Shown piece by piece: positions 50,801-57,723 of a DNA stretch of 64,000 nt. Below the pieces are notes generated by a model. That model made no database searches. It had not been told where the DNA came from and saw only the letters and a program-made list of their open reading frames with translations. The position numbers and the translations under genes were made by a program. The number at the start of each line of letters is the position of its first letter. Position 1 is the stretch's first letter. The stretch is taken from IMG/VR virus record IMGVR_UViG_3300010389_000001, positions 168,534-232,533 of that record; one strand, given 5' to 3'.

Positions 50801-51603
50801 CAGCCTTATCTCCAAATGGCCGAACCATAAGGCTGAAGGAGGCGCTACCAGGGTTTAATGTTGATGTGATCGTAACTTACATTCCGCTTGGCTTAAATGG
50901 CGAAAGAGTATCGGTTTACAAGACCGAAGAAAGCGAAGTAGTATTTTCAATCAGCGATGGAGAAAGACAAATACTAACTGGAATCGATGTAGATTGGAAG
51001 AGAAATACATGGCATAGAGTAAAGTGTGTTTGGAAGGCTAACTCAAGCGATGACTTTATAAAGATATTCGTTGATGGGGCTGCTGCAACATCAATTAGAT
51101 ATGGAGATCCTGGTCTTAAATATGGTGGAGGAAGTGTATACGGAGAAAGCCCGAATTCCACAAATAATTCAAATAAGAGAAGAAAAATCTCGCTCACAGA
51201 TGACTTTAGAGTTATATCAATTGGCGGAAGCGTGTTGGATAACAAGACCGCACTTGCTAGAATTGATAATCTTCGAATGAGCAATAAGCCTCGGGATAAT
51301 ACAAGATCTCCAAGTGGAGAAAGCATCGATCTTGATTACTCAGAAAACTTGGGCACAGTACTTCCTGTAACCAAGGATGATGCAACAACGTTCTTGCTTG
51401 ATCTCAACTTCGATGAGAATCCAGAATACGCTCAAGTCACTGACCCAGTTAGGGGAATCTTTAATTTCGATATAGAAATCTTTGACGAATTTGAAAAAAT
51501 TAATACAGAAGAAATAGAAGATTTAATCGTAGAATTAGTTAACAGATTGAAGCCTTCTCATACTAATGCTTTGGTTAAATTTCCGAGAAATTTATGCAAA
51601 TAA
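41866..51603 (+). CDS. giant baseplate wedge protein (gp7/gpI position) with LamG-like domains
   Basis: 3245 aa after baseplate J; N-terminal Ig-like strand (FSAISSTELKIVFNKKL); YxVxYxxGxI motifs; LamG signatures EGTVSAWLTP, HHIAASW...MHLFVDG and GTIEFWVSP...WHRVKCVW...IFVDG...IDNLRMS; C-terminal LVNRLKPSHT is typical of wedge subunits. Confidence 0.75.
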   Translation: MLRPVSFSAISSTELKIVFNKKLSQLITKDNFLITSIDGNTEGLEISGVTVDDNVVVLKTRPQTSGNYYLLSLLDLDDIKFKSENGIGLINDDVSRQLYFVGISNRNPIKDSIYQVLPDIYSLQNSNISNIVDAQAEQIYKAQKSVGEVLSDNYIKQTVVDELRTRAPGATDRLANENAYAVDRVSKEPTGDLLRFKSLQYNEDSAVPGNNSFPNYPVSLQEEYVELEEVSLFSENNSFKNFTLSLSNKNVISVKEIIYIKPDDTEDCDGNLGTRYRLDIYKYSLAENKYDPNFAFKNINLESNQVQISEFGNIQRPGFNDKFLVSYVYKDLSTNVDEETLQVFNIVDVPSESVPSSSTRFFIKNAPIVDFEGETGDLGDIVFSTNENAIESGNPFRKEIAFNSSKLPSEIGEYTVNYATGEVIVAGANFVGEGTGRVAYTAAYSYKNSFTRNLDYYVKDNDIVATPNRSLAESEVELEFGYEKILVKDIDYKADCHVEVINEQVKNDIVSSFVIRTKKHPITNVFKIFNQTTGEIYQPVYYSNTDIQFSGRRSPEIREAYEVASFAQSDREDLIPSGSFVIPAFSVSIDAIPSNANIRISPGIPSELISAGTTTYFIRSFGLNGTDAVEDIEIKFFGEPDSNGLINSIGILSTAQPPSLFEEVTIGPAGYAFDLSNAMIISDTDSYIGSFLNTSADFSDKDLFGAEKFYEPLSLAPELKRVNSESFLSTIEYDSYDGFIDNISRLRISGDYSVDYENGRVYVATNNFNVEGFGVITYRYNSALTRSKNVIAVTEASRKINESNSVFDSAKNYDNISNDFESISVLDLESSTTLWANSFALDLDNNSRETNVILDDYTVVLQNNIKSIRSVVDYKYIYGENLNYTDPDSRVSELSSGELIGNNDYNLYVPGVTSFEKNVLDLKRYYSTKVFSNEDNFIIRVNDPMASGVYRAIYNPTGEEIFDEKLNVTKISDMLIVATGTDGTGLYAEIKSGPNLSLIDTDGDFLLDLNGSRFVITGVDELLSRIYIDSPAANASDKFEPELGAAEVINKVTIEYNDAGIVISIPTDSFLSNGDSVTVEYITENIPTIGTRLAVDYNYGSLYLSYSFLYDDLYVSYEYGDNEIDWSISDSIEEGEEYYVSYRYGALRDALRNNFGILTKIPFFQNFDLTTDREVYRDALSGTIESFATGPTLPSFENLIESFTDMTPEISETAFSTWVLGRNYLDPEKVVADGNLEFLPSKFNDGLLIKDGITVTTPSLSNINLTEGTVSAWLTPNWNGIDNDAEIEIEIDNLGEKVYSYMNGQNPFDFESNFRLFSEKDNFSIIDSSRGGITANNKRVYLDGEDEKIEFSSYLLSKEDALLNRISRSKLEVELSFNYFFKNGLYDFGKSFDELSGGFGDYGSNVNAAALSEFIAGSLIVDDSNKSIVTLFSLKPLLVNNYELAVFAIDEFDITKNDFDKYDRYHKTSLCSCAIKDTVDTLSLFRDKDFNAVTVTFDAAVSTQLMLDTDVVTDSGANAFVFIDSSENIFKVMAFLNSDLEEVTGSIPEEIFGVVVSRIPINKPEISAMGSDAINSTYPSGACVLAYGTATILTDSNTASNKIFGYEEKSFVLDLMSDISITVDRRPVENTVNILLNAESIDLFYTDVIDSSDSSFYSVFGLDELAGDPTTSEYGSLSIGSLQSEINSEINITKFVYTLNNRFNLNDIFIGKNGLSPKTNPFKISKESFYPIGSSPYNLQDDEGIFIWYDELCSSELSSDAGQWIFRSRIAEDANVPVDVVVTGEDYFFVYDLVPLNYNLTGRLITDGEFSSVNRSHRKEDSSCADGVICSSSFRYCGDGKLEDSGWLKINETNSDIINAIIGGSQNDRGHWAKTVDFGTSNSSGIYTIGPSIFDENSDGNNSVYTPMPCPGGNYSVSVNFRVDSYEETELSTFSGDISGKSVGIAPIHVFDGEINIKLMLGVTNAGQSVILVIDAHALEIVDIAYFEWQNSSFNKIVLRKADDQIFVETETEIISRLSTYDFETAQYDSCDIMSEPFFAINLFDSASLNAQAFHQSFPGNVMSISLIEFDGIHTDGQDLLDDKDTYISTDKKIEFSFFAEKLVDGYEDGYIDDYLDGYVDGYGDEVSFDVDELRFTSDKLRYLFDSGESDSKNRISIFKDGKGFLNFRVYDNGFTTNGYPAMYNIAKNIKNFKAGEIHHIAASWRLNTLYEKDEMHLFVDGQEAPNIFRFGGPIKAKINDKFSGIEKETLQDFITDLITYYPVISDGTILAGSATLSSSLFEFTPEMYGRAIIFSSSEDASIYVGGKYIIGQKVGNGVTILDPDTLLPVIFNVSANDINFSLAPSAGIKSAINTDLVNSSFSIYITKCDQSEEEIGGTKYSVKNGQITIENEGSVISPKYRTNAQSGIIEFVGLDKDCNWNTTVSISDLDIHIKTFGLLFRGVNERVHLSSSSYLPGSSYLEPVKHTGQSYLKTLGGKSVFMAHAVEPISLSSVSITRIVKERYIPECTITPGFENYSATFLTDISDSKLSSEYERVSKTNFGRYLTLNVDSDNIIFCEEMVDGYSEEENILIIRGETVDGSNFEEFEVRGNGDIVGEKLFLTVDSIEGSLTLADPYYEPLVIELKERDPITVQNSSGEYAEIFKYYNGSFIISSYGTDGAIPFELVSGDYIVKYPAFLNVKIPNVGHDLFFGTDFEGSNSINGIIDDLKIITEMSSDTRVYEKFTSGTRSITRDFVSPNPACYDDQTLLLVNFDNPIDLQSRRLRQKEFLNKEFNYKFKLDLDDRERLLEVINNQAEFESRMIRLGFDADVARQTFIECNQAEGGPLFNDARYVRNDKMLVSSMSVNDNFGLSGIFAGRRPVTLNNDLSIFRKNGGTIEFWVSPILDTLNDSTLRYYVDISSVNTKRVQSTSPIEIELPSPAGKILSVKLLDRSKRFAKFYNKDEEDSILFDEIERSNLSGLLDGGTGVSKDFSRGSALSPNGRTIRLKEALPGFNVDVIVTYIPLGLNGERVSVYKTEESEVVFSISDGERQILTGIDVDWKRNTWHRVKCVWKANSSDDFIKIFVDGAAATSIRYGDPGLKYGGGSVYGESPNSTNNSNKRRKISLTDDFRVISIGGSVLDNKTALARIDNLRMSNKPRDNTRSPSGESIDLDYSENLGTVLPVTKDDATTFLLDLNFDENPEYAQVTDPVRGIFNFDIEIFDEFEKINTEEIEDLIVELVNRLKPSHTNALVKFPRNLCK
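48178..48240 (+). repeat. D(G/D)Yx tetrapeptide tandem repeat x5 in the wedge protein
   Basis: DGYE-DGYI-DDYL-DGYV-DGYG; 12-nt units with synonymous variation. Confidence 0.85.
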
Positions 51604-51606
51604 TCT

Positions 51607-51620
51607 CTATTAATAATAAA
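51607..51620 (+). promoter_or_regulatory. candidate phage promoter motif CTATTAATAATAAA
   Basis: 13/14 match to 11080-11093; intergenic, 31 nt upstream of ATG 51652 (SD AGGAG). Confidence 0.4.
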
Positions 51621-51651
51621 AGCTTTATCGAGAATAAAAGATTAGGAGCAA

Positions 51652-54600
51652 TTGATGTCAAAGAACAGTAGGGAAAATCTGCCTAGGGTTAATTTTTTTG
51701 ACGGACAAAAGGTTACTGAGTCAGATCTTGACACCGAGCAGATTCATCATAGAAATTTGGCTTCAAATATCATCTTGGACTTTCACCAAAATGGTGTAGT
51801 CAGGGATAGCATTTTTGAGAGCAGAGTTCTTTTTGACACGGCATCTCCTGGTGATTTTTCCGCTGAACCAAATGAATCAGAGGTAAAAATCGGTGCTGGC
51901 AAGTTCGACGGTTCTGCAATTTATTTTGATCGCCAGCCGAGCGATACAACCTATGGAAATAGACTTGAGGTAACGGCATCAAACCTTAGCGTAGGAGGAA
52001 GGCTTAAGGCTAAGGTGCTTATTCTCGGATTGAGGTATAGCTCAACCAAGACTCAGGGGGAGCTTGTAACGGAGTTGATTGAGTTTGATTCAAACGGCAC
52101 CAGAATAACTAACAACTACTACACTAGAGTAATCTCTGTCTTTTTCAATAACTTCTCTGGAGGAACAGGCAAGAGCGAGTACGCCGCTATGGCAGAAAGC
52201 GTCCAGACGAATGCAGCCGATGGAAAAATTGTTTTTAGGGAGTCCGAGCCGCTAAGAGTATTTCCAAAGACAGATACCTTCTCTCAGGTTGAATCGCCAA
52301 ACTACGGTCTTGCGTCATTTGTTACATCTTCAACTAGCAGATCAATTGAGGATGAAATAAGGACGGCTCTTGGTACAACATACAACTTTAACGAACTTTA
52401 TTTTGAGCTAGAAGCTTCCAGCAACTTTTTGTTCGAGCCTGATGCAGATCAAACCATCCAGTACGGCCAGAAGTTTCTATCTAAGACAAACAATCTTCAA
52501 AGAATTGATCTACTCTTTTACGTTCAAAGAGACGATTCTGCGCCAGTCGGAAGCGAGTACGATTTCTCCGGTGAGATCGTTGTGTCGGTTCACAAGCTGC
52601 TTGATAACATATCCTGCATAACTGATCCCAACCCCGAGAATCTACTGGACTTTGATCCAAATCCATCCCCGCTAATAGAGGTTGCTTATTCTCAAGAGGA
52701 TTTTGCTGAAATTGGCGTAAAGCTAGACGAAAATCCGCAGATTGTTAGTATCGATCTATCAACTACGCTGATTGCAGATCCAAACATAGAGCCGTCCCTG
52801 GAAGAGGATAAGTTCTATGCCGTACTTGTATCAAGAAGGGGAAATAACAGCCGTGGAACACTCGGAATTCCCGCAGGATATTATAAGCCCTCTAGAAAGA
52901 CCGATAATGGCCAAGATTTAAATCCGCAAGAAAGATTTGGAAGACAAGACTATAGACTTATAGAATACGATCCAACTAACTCATCTTATGTTGACTATCC
53001 AGATTTATCTATGTGGATTGTTGTCCACTCTGATTCCATAGAAATAACTGATGGGCAAGCTTATACGACTGACGGTTTCCCAGTATCAGTACCAAAGACG
53101 GTAGAGTACGTTGGTTCGACCAGAATACCATTCTTTATAAGAAATATTCCCTTAGCCTCTGTTGCAGAGGGAGAGAAGAATTATGTAGTGCTTTACCGTG
53201 AGGATGAATTTGTTGATCCGGCTACTCACCCAAGAACCGGCAACTTTGTTTACACGAATATTAAAGATGCGCCATCAATTGGCGTCCTAACTGAGTCAGA
53301 GCTTGATGAGCAGCTCGATGATTCTCCCCTCATTTTGAGCAGAGTTACTGACAAAAATGCAAGAGATGCACAAGATATAAGCGGAACTGCCGATAAGCCG
53401 GGACTTATAGGTCGAGATTATGCACTATTTATAGATCCGGGATCAGACGTTCTGATACAAAACTTGGTAGGAAGAATTTTCACTCCAGATCTAGATTGCG
53501 AATGCAATTCAAGATACCGAATTACAAGCGTTGAATGCAGCGCCCTCAGACTTGGCGATTTAAACAACGACGGAGAATACACATCCGATGATATCAGCAT
53601 TCTTTTGGATGTCGTTGGCAACACGCTTGGTGCGCAAACAACGGATCGCAGAATTCTGGGTGGAGAACTCGATATCGTAGAGTTTCTGCAATCAGATCTA
53701 AATAATGATGGTACAGTAGACGGCGAAGATATAGAGCTTCTAGAAGATGCGGTCGATGGATATGTAAACTTTGAGGCGGAAGAAGTTATCAAGGTTCTAA
53801 AGGTATCTTTAGAAAACATAACAGATGATAGCAACTTCCCAACTTTATTCAACTCTGCCGATGAAGTTTCTTCGAGCTTATCTGCAAGCACAGATCTTGG
53901 AACAAATACAATAAGCTTTACCGTAAGCAAAGAGCAAGAGGGTCTTGCAATAAGGGCTGGAGACAAAGTCATCGTTCCTGCCACTTCTGTTGACAGTGGT
54001 GAATATTTTGTTGCAACAAAGACCTTTGATGTAGACACCCTAGAGGTAATCCTGACAGTCAAAGATGCTGGCGGAGGAGAGCCCACCTTTGATGGGTCAT
54101 CCGGGTTTGACGTAGTGGTAGTTAGTGGGACTGCAGTAAACATGTTTGCAGATAATTTAAACCTGCTAAAAACTCCATATGCAGAGAAAAACTGGTCTAT
54201 ATCTTATTCCGGAGTTCTTCATCTAGAATCTCAGATAGAAGCTTGCGATCTCAGAAGATTTGTGGAGACAAACCTAATCGAAGAAGTGGCAGGATCATGT
54301 GTCTGCGAAACAGAAGAGTGTATTCAGCCGGATGCATGCAGCCCCATCCTCAGAAATCAAAAGATCCTTCCAAATGACCTCTACATCCCCAATGGCGAAA
54401 TCTATAGCGAGCCTGGCGTTCCCTATCATGGAGATATTGAGTATTCAACAATCTCTATAGCTATGCCGCCAGGAACGATTGAAGATTGTCAAATTGATCT
54501 TTACAATAACTTTATAAAATCCGATGCCGGTGGTTGCAAGACTGCCTCCGGCTATCCCGCTATGGTCTTTTCCGATGGTACCTACGTCGGCTGCGAAGAC

Positions 54601-56217
54601 TCGGGCGGAGAAACCGATCTAACAAAGGGTAGAGTAAAGATAACGCAATGTATAGCCAGCCTTCACGTCGATGCTCTCGTTGACGGCTACGCTGTTGATG
54701 GCTATGCCGATGAAGAAGCAAACAACTTAATTGATGAGATTATAAGCGAAACGTTTGTTGATTATAGCTATCCTACATCAGTTGGCTTCTCTGATTGGAC
54801 GGTGACGGACCCATCTGGAGGAACTTATTTCGTAATAACAACAGATCCTTTCGCAAATACTCCAGCTACCTTCCTGCTGGAAACCACCAGCGCACCAGAA
54901 AGAACTGCAATAATCGATTATCCTGCCGCTCTCGATCCAATTTCCGGCGACTTTGTAATAGATTTTGTAGCATCAAGATCAACGTGGTCAGACTCTGGCT
55001 TAATCGCTGGAAAGGTCAGCTTTTTCGGTGAGGTAGAAATTGTTAATGGTGACGGAACAACCTGTAACCTAAAGATTGGCTGGAGAGTCTCTGCCGGAGA
55101 TTCAACCGAGATGTTCTACTCCGGAACTCTATCTGATACTTCCACGGGAACCGTTCTAAACGACTTTGATAGAGCCATTGTCGCCAAAGATGACCTTGGG
55201 GACGAGATTACATTTAGATTAAGAAGAACAAGCGAAGCTGTTTTCGGAATGTACTATGACGAGACACTTCTAGACGAGGACAGCATTGATGGAAAATTCA
55301 GCAAAATTGGTTCGACGCCAAGCTTCTCACCGGGAGCTGGGGATGCATCCTTGGCCTTTAAGCTATCCCAGCAGCTTACTCCAAATGCCGGCCAGGTATT
55401 CTTTGCAAAGATTCATAGTACAGCGGTCAGGTATAACCTGACGAGCCTTGATAATACTGGTAATAACTTTGTTGAAATCTCCAGAGACTCATCAACAAAT
55501 ATCATTAACAGAGCAACTGTTGGGTTCCCAATTTCTCTAAACCGGAGAACAAACATTGTATCTGCAAGCATGAAGTTTACATTATCTGATGCTTATCCAG
55601 GAGGGGATACTTTTAACCTTATACCCTTAGAAGTTATAAACGCAGATAATCTTGGAACTATAATCGATTATCCTCAAACAATCAACGAGTCACTGATATC
55701 TTCATTTACACCCGGCCCACTTGCCGCTGGGTCTGACATTACAGTTGATGTTACCGGTATGGCTGTATATTTCCTTTCCAGAACCGGGCATCTGCCAGGC
55801 TTCTCTAAGGCGATCGTAGTAGAGCCATCTTCTGGTGCAAACTCAGCTCTTTATATAGATGGAGATATAAGCTTTGACATTGCTTATGAGGATATTACGT
55901 CGGGAGTAATCTTTAAGATTGGAGCTAGCATAGATCCTTCGACTGGGATTGTATCGTTTAGCACAAGAAATATTCTATATGATGCATTAAATAAGGCTAA
56001 TAGAACCGTACTTTCTTTTGGCATTCACCTAAAGAAGTCTGGATTTAGGAATGATGATATTTACATTGGCATTAAGGACCTTGAGAAGCTCGGCATAGGC
56101 ACCTGCAAAGATGAGACTGCTATTGCCGATGAAGATCTTTGCTTCTTTATCACCGGAGATACTGCCACGGGCACCTTTGTTGAGGGCCCGTTCCCCTGTA
56201 ACTTCCATCTCCCATAG
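51652..56217 (+). CDS. baseplate/tail structural protein with a dockerin-like domain
   Basis: N-terminal LPRVNFFDGQKVTESDLDTEQ motif as in contractile baseplate/fibre-attachment proteins; duplicated Ca-binding loops GDLNNDGEYTSDD and SDLNNDGTVDGED (53551-53760); Cys-rich. Confidence 0.7.
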   Translation: MMSKNSRENLPRVNFFDGQKVTESDLDTEQIHHRNLASNIILDFHQNGVVRDSIFESRVLFDTASPGDFSAEPNESEVKIGAGKFDGSAIYFDRQPSDTTYGNRLEVTASNLSVGGRLKAKVLILGLRYSSTKTQGELVTELIEFDSNGTRITNNYYTRVISVFFNNFSGGTGKSEYAAMAESVQTNAADGKIVFRESEPLRVFPKTDTFSQVESPNYGLASFVTSSTSRSIEDEIRTALGTTYNFNELYFELEASSNFLFEPDADQTIQYGQKFLSKTNNLQRIDLLFYVQRDDSAPVGSEYDFSGEIVVSVHKLLDNISCITDPNPENLLDFDPNPSPLIEVAYSQEDFAEIGVKLDENPQIVSIDLSTTLIADPNIEPSLEEDKFYAVLVSRRGNNSRGTLGIPAGYYKPSRKTDNGQDLNPQERFGRQDYRLIEYDPTNSSYVDYPDLSMWIVVHSDSIEITDGQAYTTDGFPVSVPKTVEYVGSTRIPFFIRNIPLASVAEGEKNYVVLYREDEFVDPATHPRTGNFVYTNIKDAPSIGVLTESELDEQLDDSPLILSRVTDKNARDAQDISGTADKPGLIGRDYALFIDPGSDVLIQNLVGRIFTPDLDCECNSRYRITSVECSALRLGDLNNDGEYTSDDISILLDVVGNTLGAQTTDRRILGGELDIVEFLQSDLNNDGTVDGEDIELLEDAVDGYVNFEAEEVIKVLKVSLENITDDSNFPTLFNSADEVSSSLSASTDLGTNTISFTVSKEQEGLAIRAGDKVIVPATSVDSGEYFVATKTFDVDTLEVILTVKDAGGGEPTFDGSSGFDVVVVSGTAVNMFADNLNLLKTPYAEKNWSISYSGVLHLESQIEACDLRRFVETNLIEEVAGSCVCETEECIQPDACSPILRNQKILPNDLYIPNGEIYSEPGVPYHGDIEYSTISIAMPPGTIEDCQIDLYNNFIKSDAGGCKTASGYPAMVFSDGTYVGCEDSGGETDLTKGRVKITQCIASLHVDALVDGYAVDGYADEEANNLIDEIISETFVDYSYPTSVGFSDWTVTDPSGGTYFVITTDPFANTPATFLLETTSAPERTAIIDYPAALDPISGDFVIDFVASRSTWSDSGLIAGKVSFFGEVEIVNGDGTTCNLKIGWRVSAGDSTEMFYSGTLSDTSTGTVLNDFDRAIVAKDDLGDEITFRLRRTSEAVFGMYYDETLLDEDSIDGKFSKIGSTPSFSPGAGDASLAFKLSQQLTPNAGQVFFAKIHSTAVRYNLTSLDNTGNNFVEISRDSSTNIINRATVGFPISLNRRTNIVSASMKFTLSDAYPGGDTFNLIPLEVINADNLGTIIDYPQTINESLISSFTPGPLAAGSDITVDVTGMAVYFLSRTGHLPGFSKAIVVEPSSGANSALYIDGDISFDIAYEDITSGVIFKIGASIDPSTGIVSFSTRNILYDALNKANRTVLSFGIHLKKSGFRNDDIYIGIKDLEKLGIGTCKDETAIADEDLCFFITGDTATGTFVEGPFPCNFHLP

Positions 56218-56241
56218 ATGCAGCCCTGATTAGAGATTGAA

Positions 56242-56598
56242 ATGAATAGACTTAATAGATTAGCGCGCATATTAAAAATTGCTCAGATGTCTGATGCTGG
56301 TTCCGAAGATCATAAGATCAGACAAACCGAGGAGCGCGCAGGCATGACTCTAGAAGAATTCGAGAATAAGGTAGCTCGACTAATTTTGAAAGAAAGAATT
56401 AGATCAGAAGAGACAGAAGAGATAGGCATCGAGATGGATATGAGTGAACTAGAAATTGATGGCCCTACAATGGTCAGGGCGCTCTTAGACGGTGCCGATA
56501 AAGTGGCTGATCCTGCGTTCTTCCCATACACATTCTTGAGCGAAAGAAAGACTCCTGAAGATTATTTTAATTTTCTGAAGCAGAATGGCGTTATCTAA
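56242..56598 (+). CDS. hypothetical protein (118 aa)
   Basis: Co-oriented ORF with a GAGA purine tract upstream; no recognised motif. Confidence 0.6.
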   Translation: MNRLNRLARILKIAQMSDAGSEDHKIRQTEERAGMTLEEFENKVARLILKERIRSEETEEIGIEMDMSELEIDGPTMVRALLDGADKVADPAFFPYTFLSERKTPEDYFNFLKQNGVI

Positions 56599-56640
56599 GG
56601 CTGTTCAGAAAATAAGTCCAATATTTAGTACAATATCTGC

Positions 56641-57723
56641 ATGAAAAATGTAAATATTCGCTGCGAGTCTATGCTTGGAACAAGCCATAGCTGGGCTGTT
56701 ACTATGCGGAATCTTTTGGGCAGTCTACATGACCTTGGCTGCGACCTTCATCTGAAAAGCATCAATGGAACCTCACTTTTGCCGGCAAAATTGAGTCGGC
56801 TTATCCGAGATGTAAGTGATCCTGATATAGATATCGCTTATACGCTTCCGAGAAATTTCGAGCATAGGTTTAAGAAGAATGCAAAGCTTAAGTTGGCCAT
56901 CTATAACTATGAAACAAGTATCATGCCCCAGGTCTGGAGAGATTCTATAAAGCATATTGATTATGCCCTGCCCTCTTCACACTTTTCTAAAAAAGTTTTT
57001 GTAGACTCAGGTTGGCCAGAAGATAAATGCATAGTAGTTCCTCACGGAATTAATTTATCTGACTTTAGTAACAAGAAAAAAATAAAGCTAACTAATGATA
57101 GTAGATTTAGATTTTTAAACGTTTCTATACCTCATTATAGAAAAAATTTAGATCGTCTTATTGATGCTTATTACACTGCTTTCACAAATAAAGATGACGT
57201 ATGCCTGGTGCTAAAGACAAGCTTAAAGGCGCCAAAAAATTATTTTGAGTGTGACGTAAAAAAGCAGCTGATGATTGTTCAAAATAAGCATAGAAAGAGA
57301 ACCGATCTGCCCATGATCGAAATTGTTCAAAAAAGGTACGAAAGCATAGTGCCCCTATATAACGCTTGTGATGCCCTTGTGAGCGCCACATCCGCCGAAG
57401 GCTTCGGGCTACCCCTACTAGAGGGTCTGGCGGCAGGAATGATCGTTGTAGCCCCTCGCTTCTCTGGTCATCTTGATTTTCTTACGGACAAGAACTCTGT
57501 TCTTTACGATTATAAGATCGTTGATGCAGAAAAGCGGTATCAATATTGGCGGCCAACGCCGGGGGCTACAACGAGCCTGCCCGATATAAAGGCTCTCGCA
57601 GAGTCGATGCACAAAGTATATCGCAATCACGCTTCTCTCAAGGCTAAGTTTAGAAAAAATGCTCTAGAGACTGCAAAAAGATTTACTTGGGAGAATGCCG
57701 CAAAAAGCATTTTGGAAATATAA
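56641..57723 (+). CDS. GT-B fold glycosyltransferase, GT4-like (1 of 7)
   Basis: SATSAEGFGLPLLEGLAAG (E-x7-E motif), HYRKNLDRLIDAY, terminal RFTWENAA. Confidence 0.9.
   Translation: MKNVNIRCESMLGTSHSWAVTMRNLLGSLHDLGCDLHLKSINGTSLLPAKLSRLIRDVSDPDIDIAYTLPRNFEHRFKKNAKLKLAIYNYETSIMPQVWRDSIKHIDYALPSSHFSKKVFVDSGWPEDKCIVVPHGINLSDFSNKKKIKLTNDSRFRFLNVSIPHYRKNLDRLIDAYYTAFTNKDDVCLVLKTSLKAPKNYFECDVKKQLMIVQNKHRKRTDLPMIEIVQKRYESIVPLYNACDALVSATSAEGFGLPLLEGLAAGMIVVAPRFSGHLDFLTDKNSVLYDYKIVDAEKRYQYWRPTPGATTSLPDIKALAESMHKVYRNHASLKAKFRKNALETAKRFTWENAAKSILEI

Noticed and set aside
53418-54143. 241-aa antisense ORF, and the other minus-strand ORFs in the track
   Set aside because: All lie opposite long, motif-bearing plus-strand genes, have Ser/Thr/Leu-biased shadow composition, and show no recognisable domains.
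11131-56217. Chromosomal extracellular contractile injection system (eCIS/tailocin) rather than a phage
   Set aside because: The G/GT frameshift, free-standing endonuclease, giant proteins and lack of a recognisable eCIS AAA-ATPase favour a phage. It is not fully excluded, because no head genes are in the window.
57687-57722. TTG start for glycosyltransferase 2
   Set aside because: ATG 57723 overlaps the upstream stop (TAATG), matching the coupling pattern seen across the window.
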